Part shown: positions 27,342-41,596 of the stretch, in pieces
Layout of the letters: every line of letters starts with the position of its first letter
Numbering within the stretch: position 1 is the first letter of the stretch
Assembly: GCA_951406725.2 (NCBI GenBank)
Contig: OX597816.1
Location: 6,386,001 to 6,450,000, forward strand
Direction of reading: 5' to 3'
DNA: 64,000 bases
Source of the DNA: Octopus vulgaris
Lineage: Eukaryota
The notes under the pieces: model-generated
What the model saw: the letters and a program-made list of their open reading frames with translations, nothing else
Database searches by the model: none
Told to the model about the DNA's origin: nothing
Translations under genes and position numbers: made by a program

Positions 27342-28281
27342 AAGCCATGGATTGGTGAACAATTGACTTTATTTCTCGATAGGTGTTTTATATACCATCC
27401 CAGGGCGAACAGAAAATAAAGTCGACCCTTGGTGGTATGTAAAGGGCTATATGAAATACCACCAAGTATTTTGCTAGACGCTATAACAACTCTACCCGTC
27501 CAGCAAGCTATATTGTCATTGGTTCACGCTACAACGAATAATTTTGGAATGGGTGCCTTCATTTGACAGGAAGGCCATAAAACAAAATCTTGAAACATCC
27601 AAAATATGAAAATAAAATAAATAAAGATCGATCATGTCAAATGGAAAATGAAAAAAAGGAATCATTAGCATTGGTGATAAATGTTTAAAAAATATTTCAA
27701 TAAAACATTTTTTCAGAAAAACGTCACTTTTTTGTTTTATTAAATTTATTCTCGTTTTATCTTTTTTGTCTCTGCTGTCGCCATTTTTTTCTCTACACAA
27801 ACTTCACAAAACACAAGTGTCATGTTTTTCTTCTTTCTCTTTAAATTGTTAGCATTTTCACTTTATAGTTTGTTTTTTTCCATTTCGCTTTTTATTATTT
27901 TTGTATAGTTTTAATATTATTTTTCTCTTATTTTAGTAAGGAAGCATTTTCCTAAACTCTTATTTATTTCAGATGTCGGCAACTCTATATTATTTTTATT
28001 TCATTTATTTTCTTGTTTTGGTTGTGTGGTTGTTTTCGTTTCATCTGTCTATCTTATCTATAAAAGCCTGTTTATGATTTGTTCCAATGCAATCTTCAAA
28101 TAATATCTTCTCTCTGTCTGTGCGTCTCTCTTGTAGAGATATTGTCGAAATATACTTTCTTTTGGCTCCTTACTTCTTCAATTTGGAATTTCTTCTGTCT
28201 AAAATCATTCGTACTATCAATCTTGTGTCCTTTCTGTAATTATACTCATTCGATCGGTCTATCACTGCCTCTTTCTCTACC

Positions 28282-28313
<32 letters not shown>

Positions 28314-28426
28314 TTCTCTCTATCTATCTCTATCTTTCAATCTCTCCATACTTTTTCAATATATCTTTCAAACGTTATCATTATATACAGACACATATAT
28401 ACGTATATGTGTGTATGTGTTATGGG

Positions 28427-28434
<8 letters not shown>

Positions 28435-28486
<52 letters not shown>

Positions 28487-28497
28487 TATATACATAC

Positions 28498-28534
<37 letters not shown>

Positions 28535-28603
28535 CATACATATATATAGAGATATATATACAGATAGATATATATATATACATACATATGTATATATATA
28601 TAT

Positions 28604-28634
<31 letters not shown>

Positions 28635-28648
28635 CATACATACATATA

Positions 28649-28682
<34 letters not shown>

Positions 28683-28690
28683 CATACATA
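28435..28690. repeat. (TA)n/(CATA)n compound microsatellite
   Basis: Read directly. Confidence 0.95.
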
Positions 28691-29143
28691 AGTGAACTAA
28701 CAGTTATAGTTCCATTACTTCCTCTTCTAATACCCTTCCCGTGTAAGGCGGCGAGCTGACAGAATCGTTAGCTCGCCGGGCAAAATGCTTAGTGGCATTT
28801 CGTCCGTCTCACGTTCAAATTGCACCGTGGTCGACTTTGCCTTTCATCATTTCGGGGTCGATAAATTAAGTACCAGTGAAACACTGGAGTTGACGTAATC
28901 GACTAGTCCCCCCCACCACCAAATTTCAGGCCTTGTGCCAAAATTTGAAACCACATCCTTCCTCTCTCTATCTCGTACACCTTACTTCATCCTTCTAGGC
29001 GCAGGCATGGCTGTGTGGTAAAAGCTTTGGTTGCGGGTTCGGTCTCATTGCATGGCATCTTGGTCAAGTGACTTCTACTATTGCCTTATGCTGACTAAAG
29101 ATTTGTGAGTGAATTTGGCAGAGGGAAACTGAGAGAACCCGTC

Positions 29144-29179
<36 letters not shown>

Positions 29180-29181
<2 letters not shown>

Positions 29182-29500
29182 CGTATGGCTCAGGAGTTAG
29201 AGAATTGGGCTCACAATGAGTTTAGTTCCTGGACCGGGCTCTGTCTTTGTTCTTGAGCAAGACACTCTATTTCACGTTACTCCAGTTCACACATCTGTAG
29301 AAATGAGTTGTGACGTCACTGGTGCCAAATTGTTTCTGCCTTTGTCCTTCCCCTGGATAACATTGGTGGCGTTGGAGAAGAGAGTCTGGTGCGCATGTGC
29401 GACTGCCAGACTTCCATAAACAACCTTCTCCGGACTTATGCCACGGAGGGGAATTTCCCACCTGCAATCCCATGGTCATTCATGGCCGAAGGTGGTCTTT
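29180..29500 (+). mobile_element. CORE-like SINE, long-tail family
   Basis: TTCTTGAGCAAGACACT...TTTCACGTTACTCCAG centre; aligns to 51058-51372 (-). Confidence 0.8.
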
Positions 29501-29885
29501 ACCAATTATATATGCGTGTGTGTATGTGTATGTATGTATGTATGTATGTATGTATGTATGTATGTATGTATGTATGTGTGTATGTATGTATGTATGTATG
29601 TTTGTATGTATGTATGTATGTATGAATGTATGTATGTATGTTTGTATGTATGTATGTATGTATGTATGTATGTATGTATGTATAAGAAATAATGAAGATT
29701 CAGTAGAATTAGGCACTTAATTTGAGACACAAATTCTGTCCAGGATTGTCTGCACAGCTCGAAGTTAGGTGAATAATAAGCAAATAAGTAACAAGGCTGT
29801 CCCGGTATTAGTGCATTGAAACGGCCGTAATGCACTAATACCTTCATATCCTTGTTACTTATTTGCTTTATATATACATATATAC

Positions 29886-29964
<79 letters not shown>

Positions 29965-30065
29965 AGAAATGGTAAGACAACAAAAGAATGAAAGAGACCT
30001 CGATATTATGTAAATAGAGGGATTTATCTGTAAATGTAATATGTGACAATTATTCGGTAGCCATG

Positions 30066-30126
30066 AACAAAACTCCGAGTTTCAGATGTTGTGGTGGAAA
30101 TCCACGCTGCCATCTCTTCAGTTATC
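30066..30126 (-). ncRNA. Hammerhead-like motif
   Basis: Minus strand reads GATAA CTGAAGA GATG...GTGG attt CCAC...CATC T GAAA CTCGGAG TT TTGTT. Confidence 0.55.
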
Positions 30127-31196
30127 CGGCCATCGGAAAAAATGCTATGAAAATGACCGTTAAACAAAGGGAAATTACTGTGTGATTGACCGTTATTAAG
30201 ACAAAAGATCTATTTGAATGACCGCTAAGTGAGGAATGGGAGTAAAAGTAACGAGGTAAAAAGTTCATAGTCTTCGCGTAAGCGCGCATGTTCATACCTA
30301 AACATGCGCGCCCGAACACGGGCACATTCCCACTTTATATTCCTTCTTCTCCCCTGCCACCACCACTCATTGTTACAAGAACAATTGCTGGCCTTGTGAC
30401 AAAGTTTGAAACCATTATTATTATCGTTGCTGCTTTTATTTTGTTATTTGCGAAAGAGTTCCATCAACAATTTGTTAAATATTTATCTTATTTACCGATT
30501 ATTGTGACAGAAAGAAAACGGTAACTGCGTCTTTAGAATTCTTCAGAAATGGTTTTGTTTGTTCTGTTTTGTTTTGTTTGTTTTTTTCCTTTCAACAGTA
30601 AAATTTTAATAAAGCACCGAGATATAGATAGAATAGAGATGTTGTCATCTTTCTTTTTCATTGAATTATCAAGCTAATTTCGTACAAAATATCTATTTAC
30701 TGACATTCTAGAGAGAATATTTTAAAAAATATAAAATGAGAAAATGATTTCATTAAACGTTTTGAAGCCTGACAGAAAGTCAAGTTCAGTCTTTCGTGTA
30801 TAAAAGGTTGTTACACTTTATATTATTTTGTTTCTGCTCGGCTCCCCGAGTTGATATGTCAAGCTCGAGACTAAAGATTTGACAATTTAATACCTGTCAT
30901 CGACACCACAATATATTCCCGAGCAAAACCCGGGTATCATTGATTCGGTAATAGTTATCATCAGATAGATATTGCTGACAGCTGTAAACAACGTCAGCCA
31001 TGTCAAACTGACAAATATTTCAATGGCAGACTCTCGCCAAACACCAACCCGTTGGATATTAATTGAATGAAGTATGGGTGTGTTAGTACGTATGTATGCA
31101 TATATATATATATGAAGTATATTTATATATGAAACATATATATATATGAAATAAGTATAAAAATTTGCATTGTCCGTTTAATTAAAAAATTCTATA

Positions 31197-31284
31197 TGTG
31201 GCTGAAGATTGCTCGACATTTTAAAACTGATGTAATACTTACTGCGTTTAATAAAATGAAGTAGCATGAACCCATTGTACTACA
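31197..31284 (+). ncRNA. Degenerate type I hammerhead-like motif, same family as 37694
   Basis: TGTGG CTGAAGA TTGCT...AGCAT GAAc CCATTG TA CTACA. It shares the downstream ...TGGATATCCT...TTTTGATTTTA tail with 37783-37815. Confidence 0.6.
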
Positions 31285-31318
31285 CTACCTTGGATATCCT
31301 TGCTGCTTATTTTGATTT

Positions 31319-31390
<72 letters not shown>

Positions 31391-31410
31391 TGTGTGTGTA
31401 TGTGTGTATG

Positions 31411-31493
<83 letters not shown>

Positions 31494-31560
31494 TCATTCA
31501 AAAGAAAATGGAGATGTAGCATTTAATAAAAAATTTATTATCTGCAAAATTCAAACATAG

Positions 31561-31645
31561 TCCCTTACAGCTGTTTCAATTAAGCTTAAAAGATTAAATA
31601 ACAATTATTAAAATCATTATATTAGGCAAAATCTCTTCAGATGCG
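31561..31645 (-). ncRNA. Degenerate hammerhead-like motif
   Basis: Minus strand reads CTGAAGA GATT...AATT GAAACAGCTGTA. Stem III is the palindrome ACAGCTGT, and stem I has decayed. Confidence 0.45.
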
Positions 31646-31843
31646 TTGAAGAAAAAGATATCCCATTAAGTTTGTTCATGTTTTGTATTTTAGAATCATT
31701 AGTATTATTTTAAGGCTAATATTGGTGTATACCCAGATTAAGGAGTTATAGGTTGTTTTTAGTGAGCAATGGATATGATACCATCCCTTAATGAGGCTAG
31801 TTTAACTTCTAATTGAATGTCTCTCTCTCCCCCTCTCTCTCTG

Positions 31844-32030
31844 AGTGAACAGGTCACGGTCTCAAAGCGACGAAAATATTTTGACACAAATCAAATTTAA
31901 ATGTTGAAGTGAAACTAACGGTTTTTGTGTGTTCTTGAATGGCTTACAAACATCTTCCACGCACCAATTGTTTTTGTTTCAGCACACGATCTCAGATCAA
32001 GTCACTTGCTATGCAAGTACATCTCCGTAA
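31844..32030 (+). mobile_element. Diverged 3'-terminal fragment of the same PLE family, starting at the hammerhead core
   Basis: AGTGAACAGGTCAC...GCGACGAAAATATTTTGACA...GTACATCTCCGTAA aligns to the reverse complement of 14662-14846. Confidence 0.85.
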
Positions 32031-32172
32031 CTTTTTAAAATCACTGTGGATAAATGCCGTTAATGACTTTCTCAGGTTCTCCAATATCTTAATTTCTAAA
32101 CAGAAACAACAGGGACAGGGAGTGGGGTTGCAAAAAGTTCATATTTAATCAATCCTATTTTAATAGCATATA

Positions 32173-32670
32173 TCTATAAAACTCTAGTTGTGTGAGTGTC
32201 TGTCTCCTACGGTTTAGATTCCTAACTCCTCCCACATTTTGCGGTGCAGTTTAACCAAATTCGGGTATCTTATAGTCGTGATTCATATCGAGCCCGTCTG
32301 AGTATTAGCGCGCGTCTACGATGAGTCTACGATTTTAAAAATAATTCAACATCATTTTTTATTCCATTTTAATGCATAATTTTTCGTGTGTCGATGGCGG
32401 CGGAGTTGGCGTCCACGCTCACAGCTGCACCTGTTTGCTTCACCCCCTTCCCTCCCTCGTGAAGCTGTGGGGAAGGGAGTGTAAAGAAATCAACGTCGTA
32501 ATGCGTTGTCAAGGAGACCAGCGTTCTTTTAGAACAACGACTTCATGGCTTGAAGACACCAAAACAAAAATGGCTAAGAAAGCCCGAATTTATAAGGGAA
32601 GTAACTCTCCAAAAATGCTTATATAGTTATTTCCCTTACAAACCCGAGCAACGCCGGGCGATACTGCTAG
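32173..32670 (+). mobile_element. Non-autonomous Helitron
   Basis: A|TC...CCCGAGCAACGCCGGGCGATACTGCTAG|T; shares both ends with 3135-3531. Confidence 0.8.
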
Positions 32671-32967
32671 TATGCTATAAAAAAAATTGTATCTATGGGG
32701 GGAAAAGTATTGAAAAACAGAAATACATGCGGGAGTGATAAAGAAACGAGGAGGGTTGTCTTTTAATGTGCTAGACACAACAGCCAAATTGACCTTACAT
32801 CACTCATTTTTCCCTCTGAATATTAACAATTTTATTTTTATTTTTTACCGAAAATGCTCTTCCCATGGTTCTGAAGCGAAAAAAATTGGCCAAAATAGGT
32901 CCGGAGTAGTATGATGAGGGAGGGGTTCTAAAAAAACAGTTTTTAAAACATTTTTCATACAATGAAA

Positions 32968-33826
32968 ATACATACATACATACATACATAATACATACAT
33001 ACATACATACATACATACATACATACATAATACATACATACATACATACATACATACATACATACATACATACATACATACATACATACATACATACATA
33101 CATACATACATACCCTACATTGATGTTACAATACAAATACATACATACATATCATAGGTTACATACACACTCTTTCATACATATTGGCAAAAACATACAT
33201 ACAACATACATACTACATACATACATACATACACTTAAACTACATACATACATACATACATACATACATACATACATACATACATACACACACATACATA
33301 CATACAAACATACATACACACACACACATACATACATACATACAAACATACATACATACATACATACATACATACACACACACACATACATACAAACATA
33401 CATACATACAAACATACACACATACATACATACATACATACATACATACATACATACATACATACACACATACATACATACATACATACATACATACATA
33501 CATACATACATACATACGCACACATACATACATACAAACATACATACATACATACATACATACACACAAACATACATACATACAAACATACATACCTTGT
33601 TATTGATGTTGAAATTCCAATGAAGGAGCCTTGAATCTAGGTTAGAAACCGGCTCTTTCTCTATTGGCAAGAAATCTTGAAATAAAACTGAATGACATAC
33701 ATACATACATACATACATACATACATACATACATACATACATACATACATACATACATACATACATACATACATACATACATACATACATACATACATAC
33801 ATACATACATACATACATACATACAT
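32968..33826. repeat. (CATA)n compound microsatellite array
   Basis: Read directly; a similar array lies at 42940-43312. Confidence 0.95.
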
Positions 33827-35575
33827 TGAGAGAGAATCAAAGAAAGCGATAACTAATTGTTAAGAGGTTAACGAATCGAAATACGAGAACACTCAAACAT
33901 CTCTCTTAATTTATTTGTGCATTTTTATGTAATTTAGTCCAATATTTAATGTATTTCCTTCTGATCTAGTCGTACATTAATTTGTGTAAATACTGTAAAA
34001 TATCGCAGATGAACATTTTTACGGAGCGCTTTGTCGAAATTCCCTGGTAAGTAGTTCTTAACTGACCTAAAGTTAGTAAATTCTGAAATTTCTTATCACA
34101 TCGAAAAACTCACCAATGTTCTTTCTGGTAGATTAACCTTTCGTAGTCACCGATATAAAAACGGAGTCAAAGGGTTAATATTTGTTTCGTGAGATCAGCA
34201 GTTTTGTCTAAAGAATCGATTGTCTTTGACTTTATATCTTCCTTCCAAACACAATTCATCTGACCTGTTCACCTAGCTTCATTTGTTACATAAGCTGCTT
34301 CTTATACTGTTAATACTTTGTGGCGTTAACTTGTTCCGCATCCAACCGGTGACTGTGATGTCTGATTTTCGCTGGGGATAATTATCTATTGTTTTGCTGC
34401 TAGATACGATTCACTGCATAATAGAATATATCTGCTGAACTGAAAGGGTTCTCCGGGAAAACCTCGTCTACTATTCACTTTAATAAACTTTGCGATACAC
34501 TAATTAATATCGTTTGTTTCTATGAACAATACGCTACTGCAGACAAAGACTGGGATGCAACGATTTTACAGCCGACACAGCTATTCACATGATTAATAAA
34601 AGAAATAAATATTTGTGATATAATATTTATATTTTCGTTGGTTTCTAAATCATTTTAATGCCTATAAAACGACATGACTACACGGCTGACTGAAGCTAAA
34701 GTATTTTAACTAACTTCTTGTCCATAATGACTGGTCAACCATTTCGTTGTTGATTTTCATTGTAGTTTTTACTATGAGAATGTAAGATGGCGTTTGCAGA
34801 ATTTATATGGCTTCCCAAACCGGGAGAGAGCTTCGTATGGAGAAGGTTAGTACGGCTAATGTTTAAGGTGAACTTTTAAATGACAGTAGTTGCAAAATAA
34901 AATATAAAATAATTTATAAAACTGAGAAAAGTATATCGGTTATGTTGGCCAGAAGATTTACAATTATAGTGGCTGTGTATTAAAAGAACAGAAAGGAAGA
35001 ACTTAAACCAACATTATTATTCCAAAGGTTGTGTGAAACAAAACTTGATGCGAAACAGAAGTATTTGAAGAAATATTATTTTTATAGTTACTATAACAGT
35101 CATTGGATGTGGAGGCACGTGGGTTAAGGGTTAGTGTGTTAGACTCATCCTCGTAAGATTGTGGTTTCCATTCCAATACCTGGTGACGGTTCACTCAACT
35201 GGCAACAATGAGTAATCTTAAGGCGGCGAGATGGCAGAAACGTTAGCACACCGGGCGAAATGCTTAGCGGTGTTTCGTCTGCCGTTACGTTCTGAGTTCA
35301 ATTTCCGCCGAGGTCGACTTTGTCTTTCATCCTTTCGGGGTCGATTAAATAAGTACCAGTTACGCACTGGGATCGATATAATCGACTTAATCCGTTTGTC
35401 TGTCCTTGTTTGTCCCCTCTAGATTTAGCTCCCTGAGGGCAACAAAGAAATAAGTAATGAGTAATATTGCGACGGACCGATGTCTCGTCCGGTAAAGAAT
35501 ATATGCGCCATAGAATCTGGGAAACCGCCTTAAGAGAAACCAGGAAACCGCCTTACTCGTAAAGGATCTTTATCA

Positions 35576-35618
<43 letters not shown>

Positions 35619-36906
35619 TGAGTCGGCGAGCTGGCAGAATCGTTACCGCGTCGGACAAAAGGCTTCGCCGCATTTCGCCAGTCTCTACATTCTGAGTTCA
35701 AATTCTGCCGCGGTCGACTGTGCCTTTCATCCTTTCGCGGTCGATAGGATAAGTACCAGGAGAACACTGGGGTCGATGTAATCGACATATCCCTTCCCAT
35801 GAAATTTCCAAACATTTGAAATCATTATTATAGTTATTGGCGAGCTGGTAGAATCGTTAGCACACAGGACAAAATGTTTAGCGGCGTTTTGTCTGTCTTG
35901 ACGTTGTGAGTTCAAGTTCCGCCGAGGTTGACTTTGCCTTTCATGCCGAGGGGATGAAAAGCTCAGTACAAGAGTTAACAAGCAACTCGTTCGCTCCCTC
36001 GCTCTCTGTTTCTCTGTCTCTCTCTGTCTCTCTCTCTGTCTCTCTCTCTTTCTCTCTCCCTCTCTCCCTCTCTCTCTCTCTCTCTCCGAAGTGATTATGA
36101 AAAAATGTTATAATACTGTACTGGAGTTGAAATAAACTGGAAGGAATCTTCAAACATTGATAACTTATTTATATTATTTTTTACCTTTTACTTCTTTCAG
36201 TCATATGAGTGCGGCCATGCTGGGGTAATGCCTTGAGGAATTTTTAGTCGAATCAATCGATCCCAGTACTAATTTTTACTAAAGCCTGGTGCTTATTTTA
36301 TCGGTCTCTTTTGCCGAACCGTCAAGTTACGGGGATATAAACACACCAACAGTGTCCGTCTACCAAATCCACACACTGAACCCAGAACCATGTGGTTGCG
36401 AAGCAATCTTCTTGCCACACAGCAATGTCTGCACCTAAATAATTAAATCAAACGAACCGAATTGGTTCTTGTTTGGCCGTCTTTCCCCAAATTTGACCAT
36501 CAAATTAGTCGAATACCACACTTTAATGAAGTTGAGAGATGATCTAGTGTATACTTCAACTCTACACTAAACAGCTTTTTAATAATTATCTTCCTGAAAT
36601 ATAATCTTCAGTTATATATCACGAATGTCATATGTCTTGAGTAAATTATACTGATTAAATTGACATCCTTTTGTTATAATATTCTTCTTAATAATCTTCT
36701 TGATAACCCTGAATATAAACTTTATACAATATAGCAATATAGTTTAAAATATCAACTATAGTACCCCATGATAAAATTTCCCCTGTATCATTATCAATGA
36801 TCTACTAGTGGCTTGTCCCTTTAATTGACAGCTAACATCTTGATTTAAGATTTCCTTTGCCAAATCTCATTATATTGCTTCAAATTAATCTTGATGGTTT
36901 TACCAT

Positions 36907-37071
36907 AGACGCAGGAGTGGCTGTGTGGTAAGTAGCTTGCTTACCAACCACATGGTTCAGAATTCAGTCCCGCTGCGTGGCACCTTGGGCAAGTGTCTTC
37001 TATGATAGCCTCGGGCCAACCAAAGCATTGTGAGTGGATTTGGTAGACGGAACTTGAAAAGAATGTATATG

Positions 37072-37166
<95 letters not shown>

Positions 37167-37385
37167 TTGTGTGGTTGTGTTTGTCCCACACCATCTCTTG
37201 ACTACCGATGGTGGTGTGTTTACGTCCCCGTAACTTAGCGGTTCGGCAAAAGAGACTGATAGAATAAGTACTAGGCTTACAAAGAATAAGTCCTGGGGTC
37301 GATTTGCTCGACTAAAAGCAGTGCTCCAGCATGGTCACAGTCAAATGACTGAAACAAATAAAAGAGTAAAAGAGAGTAAAAGAGT
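36907..37385 (+). mobile_element. SINE family A, full length
   Basis: Aligns to 7708-8128. Confidence 0.9.
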
Positions 37386-37399
37386 ATACCCACTATGAT

Positions 37400-37620
37400 T
37401 TCTGTCGACTCCTTTGGCCCCTTTCCTAACAGACACTGCTTCTTATTCCTTGGCTTTAGGTTTTTGATATACAAGGATTTGATACACAAGACTATAAGTA
37501 AAAACTGATCCCCAAAAAACAGTGACAAGTTAGATCTCTAACAAGTCTTTCTTCCTGATACCTTAGTAGCTTCTAAGCTGGAGTGAAGACAGCATGTTCT
37601 TTGTCTATCTCGTTAACTTC
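37400..37620 (-). pseudogene. Highly degenerate PLE GIY-YIG C-terminus
   Basis: Contains DKEH and CIKSLYIKNLKP (compare IKESLYIKxxKPxLN). It lies opposite in orientation to the adjacent hammerhead at 37694. Confidence 0.35.
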
Positions 37621-37693
37621 TTGGAGATTTTAGGTAAAATTATACTAATGGGTCCATCTGTTTTAATTTAATTTAATTGAATTCTATGTATTT

Positions 37694-37782
37694 ATGCAGC
37701 TGGGGATTGCTCTGCATTTGAATTGATGTAAATGGTTGCATTGTTCAATGAAATGGAGTTGCTTGAAACAATCGTACTGCAT
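37694..37782 (+). ncRNA. Degenerate type I hammerhead-like motif
   Basis: ATGCAG CTGgGGA...GAAACAATCGTA CTGCAT: perfect 6-bp stem I, with A6 replaced by G. Confidence 0.6.
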
Positions 37783-38439
37783 TACCTCTGGATATCCTGT
37801 TGCTTTTGATTTTAATCACCGTATTGTGAAACTGTATGGATAATACCGTACTAAATTCTGGTGCTTCAACTTAAGTACCTAATTCATCTGAATATAAATT
37901 TTTGCTTATATATATATATATATACACACAAACACTAGTGTGAACATTCTATCTTTAAGATAGTATATTTTACATTGGTTTGATATTATTATATCATATA
38001 TTTTACAGTGTATATGCGTAAGCATACATATGGCATTGTTGTGGGAAGAATGCTGGTAAGGCATGCAACATGAATCAAGATCGAACATCAATAATGGAAA
38101 ACGTAGGAGTATAAGATGACATGCAATTATGTTATAAAAACGGGTTTTTATACAGCAATGAAAAATTATTACCTAATTACTGCCAATAAATTTTATAATA
38201 GACGTATGTATGTATATACACATTACGATGCATTTTAATAGAGCTAGTATTCGTTACTAAACACGATATCATCGTAAATACTGTAATCCTATATATATTT
38301 ATGTTTAGTGAAAAAATTCCATCCACACTATTGTCGCCCTTTTGATGCAAACCGAACGAGAGAAGTATATTCTTTGTTTATATATAACATGCAGTAATAT
38401 CATTAAATTTTGGTACATACAAAATGAAAGTGAAGCGAA

Positions 38440-38890
38440 GCACTGTTGAGCATTTCACCCGGTGTGCTAACGATTCTGCCAGCTCTCCGCCTTATGTAAT
38501 AGATATAATAATGGTTTCAAATCTTGATACAGGGCCAGAAATTCCAGGAGAGGAAATTTATTATGTCGACACCCCGTACTTGGGGGCATTTTATTTTATC
38601 GATCCAAATGGATGGAGAGCAAAATCAACAGAACGTAAAGAGCCGGAAGAAATACCTGTTTCTTTACTACCCACAAGGGGCTAAACACAGAGGGGACAAA
38701 CAAGGACAGACAAACGGATTAAGTCGATTATATCGACCCCAGTGTGTAACTGGTACTTATTTAATCGACCCCGAAAGGATGAAAGGCGAAATGTCGACCT
38801 CGGCGGAATTTGAACTCAGAACGTAGCGGCAGGCGAAATACCGCTAAGCATTTCGCCCGGCGTGCTAACATTTCTGACAGCTCGCCGCCT
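38440..38890 (-). mobile_element. SINE family B: full copy joined to an older copy
   Basis: Junction GAAATACC|TGTTTCTTT near 38649-38665. Confidence 0.8.
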
Positions 38891-38926
<36 letters not shown>

Positions 38927-38928
38927 AT

Positions 38929-38959
<31 letters not shown>

Positions 38960-41353
38960 GAAATACCGCTAAGCAATTTGTCCGACGTACAAACGATTCT
39001 GCTAGATGACGTCAGCGTAGTGCGGAGATTGTCTCACCTCGGCGTGAAAACATGAGTTCGGGTCCTACTTTGTTATCACAGTTTATTCACTGATGGATCT
39101 ACCCTTTATGTCAATACTTATCAATTTGCTTGGAATATTAACAAATCCATAAAACTAAATCTCAAAGAAGTTGTAATTATCGAGTTAATTGTGATTCTAA
39201 CCAACATACCATACACATAATAGATCATCCTTTTGTGGATATTCCTATTGAAATATGGTTAAAGCCACCGAACACGACATTCAGTCGCCTTCCCACCAAG
39301 CGTATGAATGTTCAGAAAAGCCCTGAAATTCTATTTCTAAAACTTCATTAATTCAATAAAGCCAATTAAATAAGTGGGACTATTACTCCTAAATGTGAAT
39401 TGGTTGTTTGATAAAAGTTCATGTTTTAGAAACACAAAAGAGGAATTTGATATTGCGACCAACGCATACAACTTTGATGATAACGTTTCTCATATTTTTC
39501 TAATTTATTTAAAAAGAGTATGAATATAATGCCGTATGTGTTTCGCGACATTATTAAATTCCTCCTCTTATATTGGTTTTCACATGATTCAGTGTTACGT
39601 TGATGAATGTTAGAAATGAAGAGTCTACAATGGAAGCACAATTGCCTCAGAAAGAAATTATATATCATAAAACTAACCCGGTTTTTATATATTGTTACAC
39701 CATGATTGTTCCATAATATATTCGCGTCTCTTCATAACTCATCTATATTGAATATCTCCCTCGTTATTTCATAATGGCCGCCATTAACATTCCAAATATC
39801 TGAACGGTTTCATTCATTTTTCACTTTCTTGGAAACTTATCCCATTATAACAACATGCCAATTAGGTGACATGTTCCACCGATATGGTTCTTTCTCAAGG
39901 CCCAACACATTCATTTAGACACATACGCACATACACACGCAGACACACATACATATCCGTATGTATGTCTATGTGGGTGCGTATATTTAGAGAAACGCAG
40001 TGGTTTCTTTTTGCTTCTCTTTCTCCGCTCCTTCCTTTCACTACTTACCGTTACTCAACAGTTCATATCTATTATTTGTGTTAATATTTATATTGTCTAA
40101 TAACAGTTTAATGATATACCGCCATAATATTTCCTATTTTATCGATTTCCACATTTTCCGACAACATTTCGCATTGCAGAATGTTGCCATTTCGAACATT
40201 CTAGAAGCGACAGACTTCTTGGTTTGAAATCTATAATCACCAACAATTCTAAAACTAAATCGTGTTTCCTTACACCAGTTCTTATTTAATGTCTACCATT
40301 CACCAGGAATATCTTTAACTGAGGTAAAATCCAGTCGGGATAATCGATGCACTCTTAATCCTTGTTGCTACCAACATCACTTAAAGAATTGTATCTCCCT
40401 GGATCAAGGACATGGTTCACTAGGAATGTTCTCACGCAATATTAGCTGAATGAAATCTTGAAGAGGAAGGTAGTTTTAAATCTACTTACGCATATATCCA
40501 CAGAGCTAAAATAACACATTATAAGACACCCATGTTTGAAACAGAATTGAAGAAATATTTATAAACACACAGTCCATAAACTCAGCTTCCATAAAAAAGA
40601 AAACGCACAAGAGTTCGAGTTTATTAGTGCTAAACAAAATGCTTCAAGAACAATGAACACCTAGAGAGAAACCGACAAACCAACGACCTCTGCACCTAAC
40701 CATTTCCGTTTATGAACAATCAAAGCACAAGAAAAGATTATTTCTATAGAAACCACATCATAATATTCCCGGCAAATAACAACTCCATATTATGCCTGGT
40801 AAATAACATCAAAATATGCATGGCAAATAATGAACATGTATAATAATGAATGTAACCGATAGGCCAGACTGCTCGCTCTCTTTTTGGGTCTGACCGTGGT
40901 CCGCGCAACATCGATATTCTACCCTGTGTTTGTGAAATTTTTGTATCTCTGCCGTAAGGCTTCATTTCCACACACGCCAGCTGAATTTAATCCGTCCCCA
41001 GTCGAAAGACGCCTGTTGTTATATCCTGTTATTATTATTTTTATTGTATTTATATTGTATTTATATTTGTGTAACATAGTCTTTTTATCCGTCCTTGTTT
41101 TCGTATACATTCGATGCTTTCATTCAAGGAATATAATGCTCTTAGCTTAGGTTTTCCTTGGGCCTGGTCATATTGGATCAATCTCAAGATTAATCAACCG
41201 AAATTGCGAGGATGATCTGGTTCTTGACTGAGGATAAAAAACTTCGAATAACCCCTCCTTGTTTTTTTGTATCGTGTTTTCTGGATGTTTTGTTGTCCCC
41301 TTTTGTATCACCTAGTTGTCCGGATGTTTTGCGTTCTTGTCCCATTTTGTATT

Positions 41354-41430
<77 letters not shown>

Positions 41431-41450
41431 AATGTATGTATGTATGTATG

Positions 41451-41493
<43 letters not shown>

Positions 41494-41555
41494 GTGTGTG
41501 TGTGTGTGTGTGTGTATGCATATATATATATATTTTAACAAGGTAAAATACACTC

Positions 41556-41593
<38 letters not shown>

Positions 41594-41596
<3 letters not shown>

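Noticed and set aside
33610-33665. CCAATGAAGG...GAAACCGGCT as another hammerhead
   Set aside because: Several core positions and stem I do not fit; at most a distant relic.
32968-33826. MYVC/HTYI and YI/CV repeat ORFs here and throughout the window
   Set aside because: Stop-free translations of (CATA)n, (TA)n and (CA)n.
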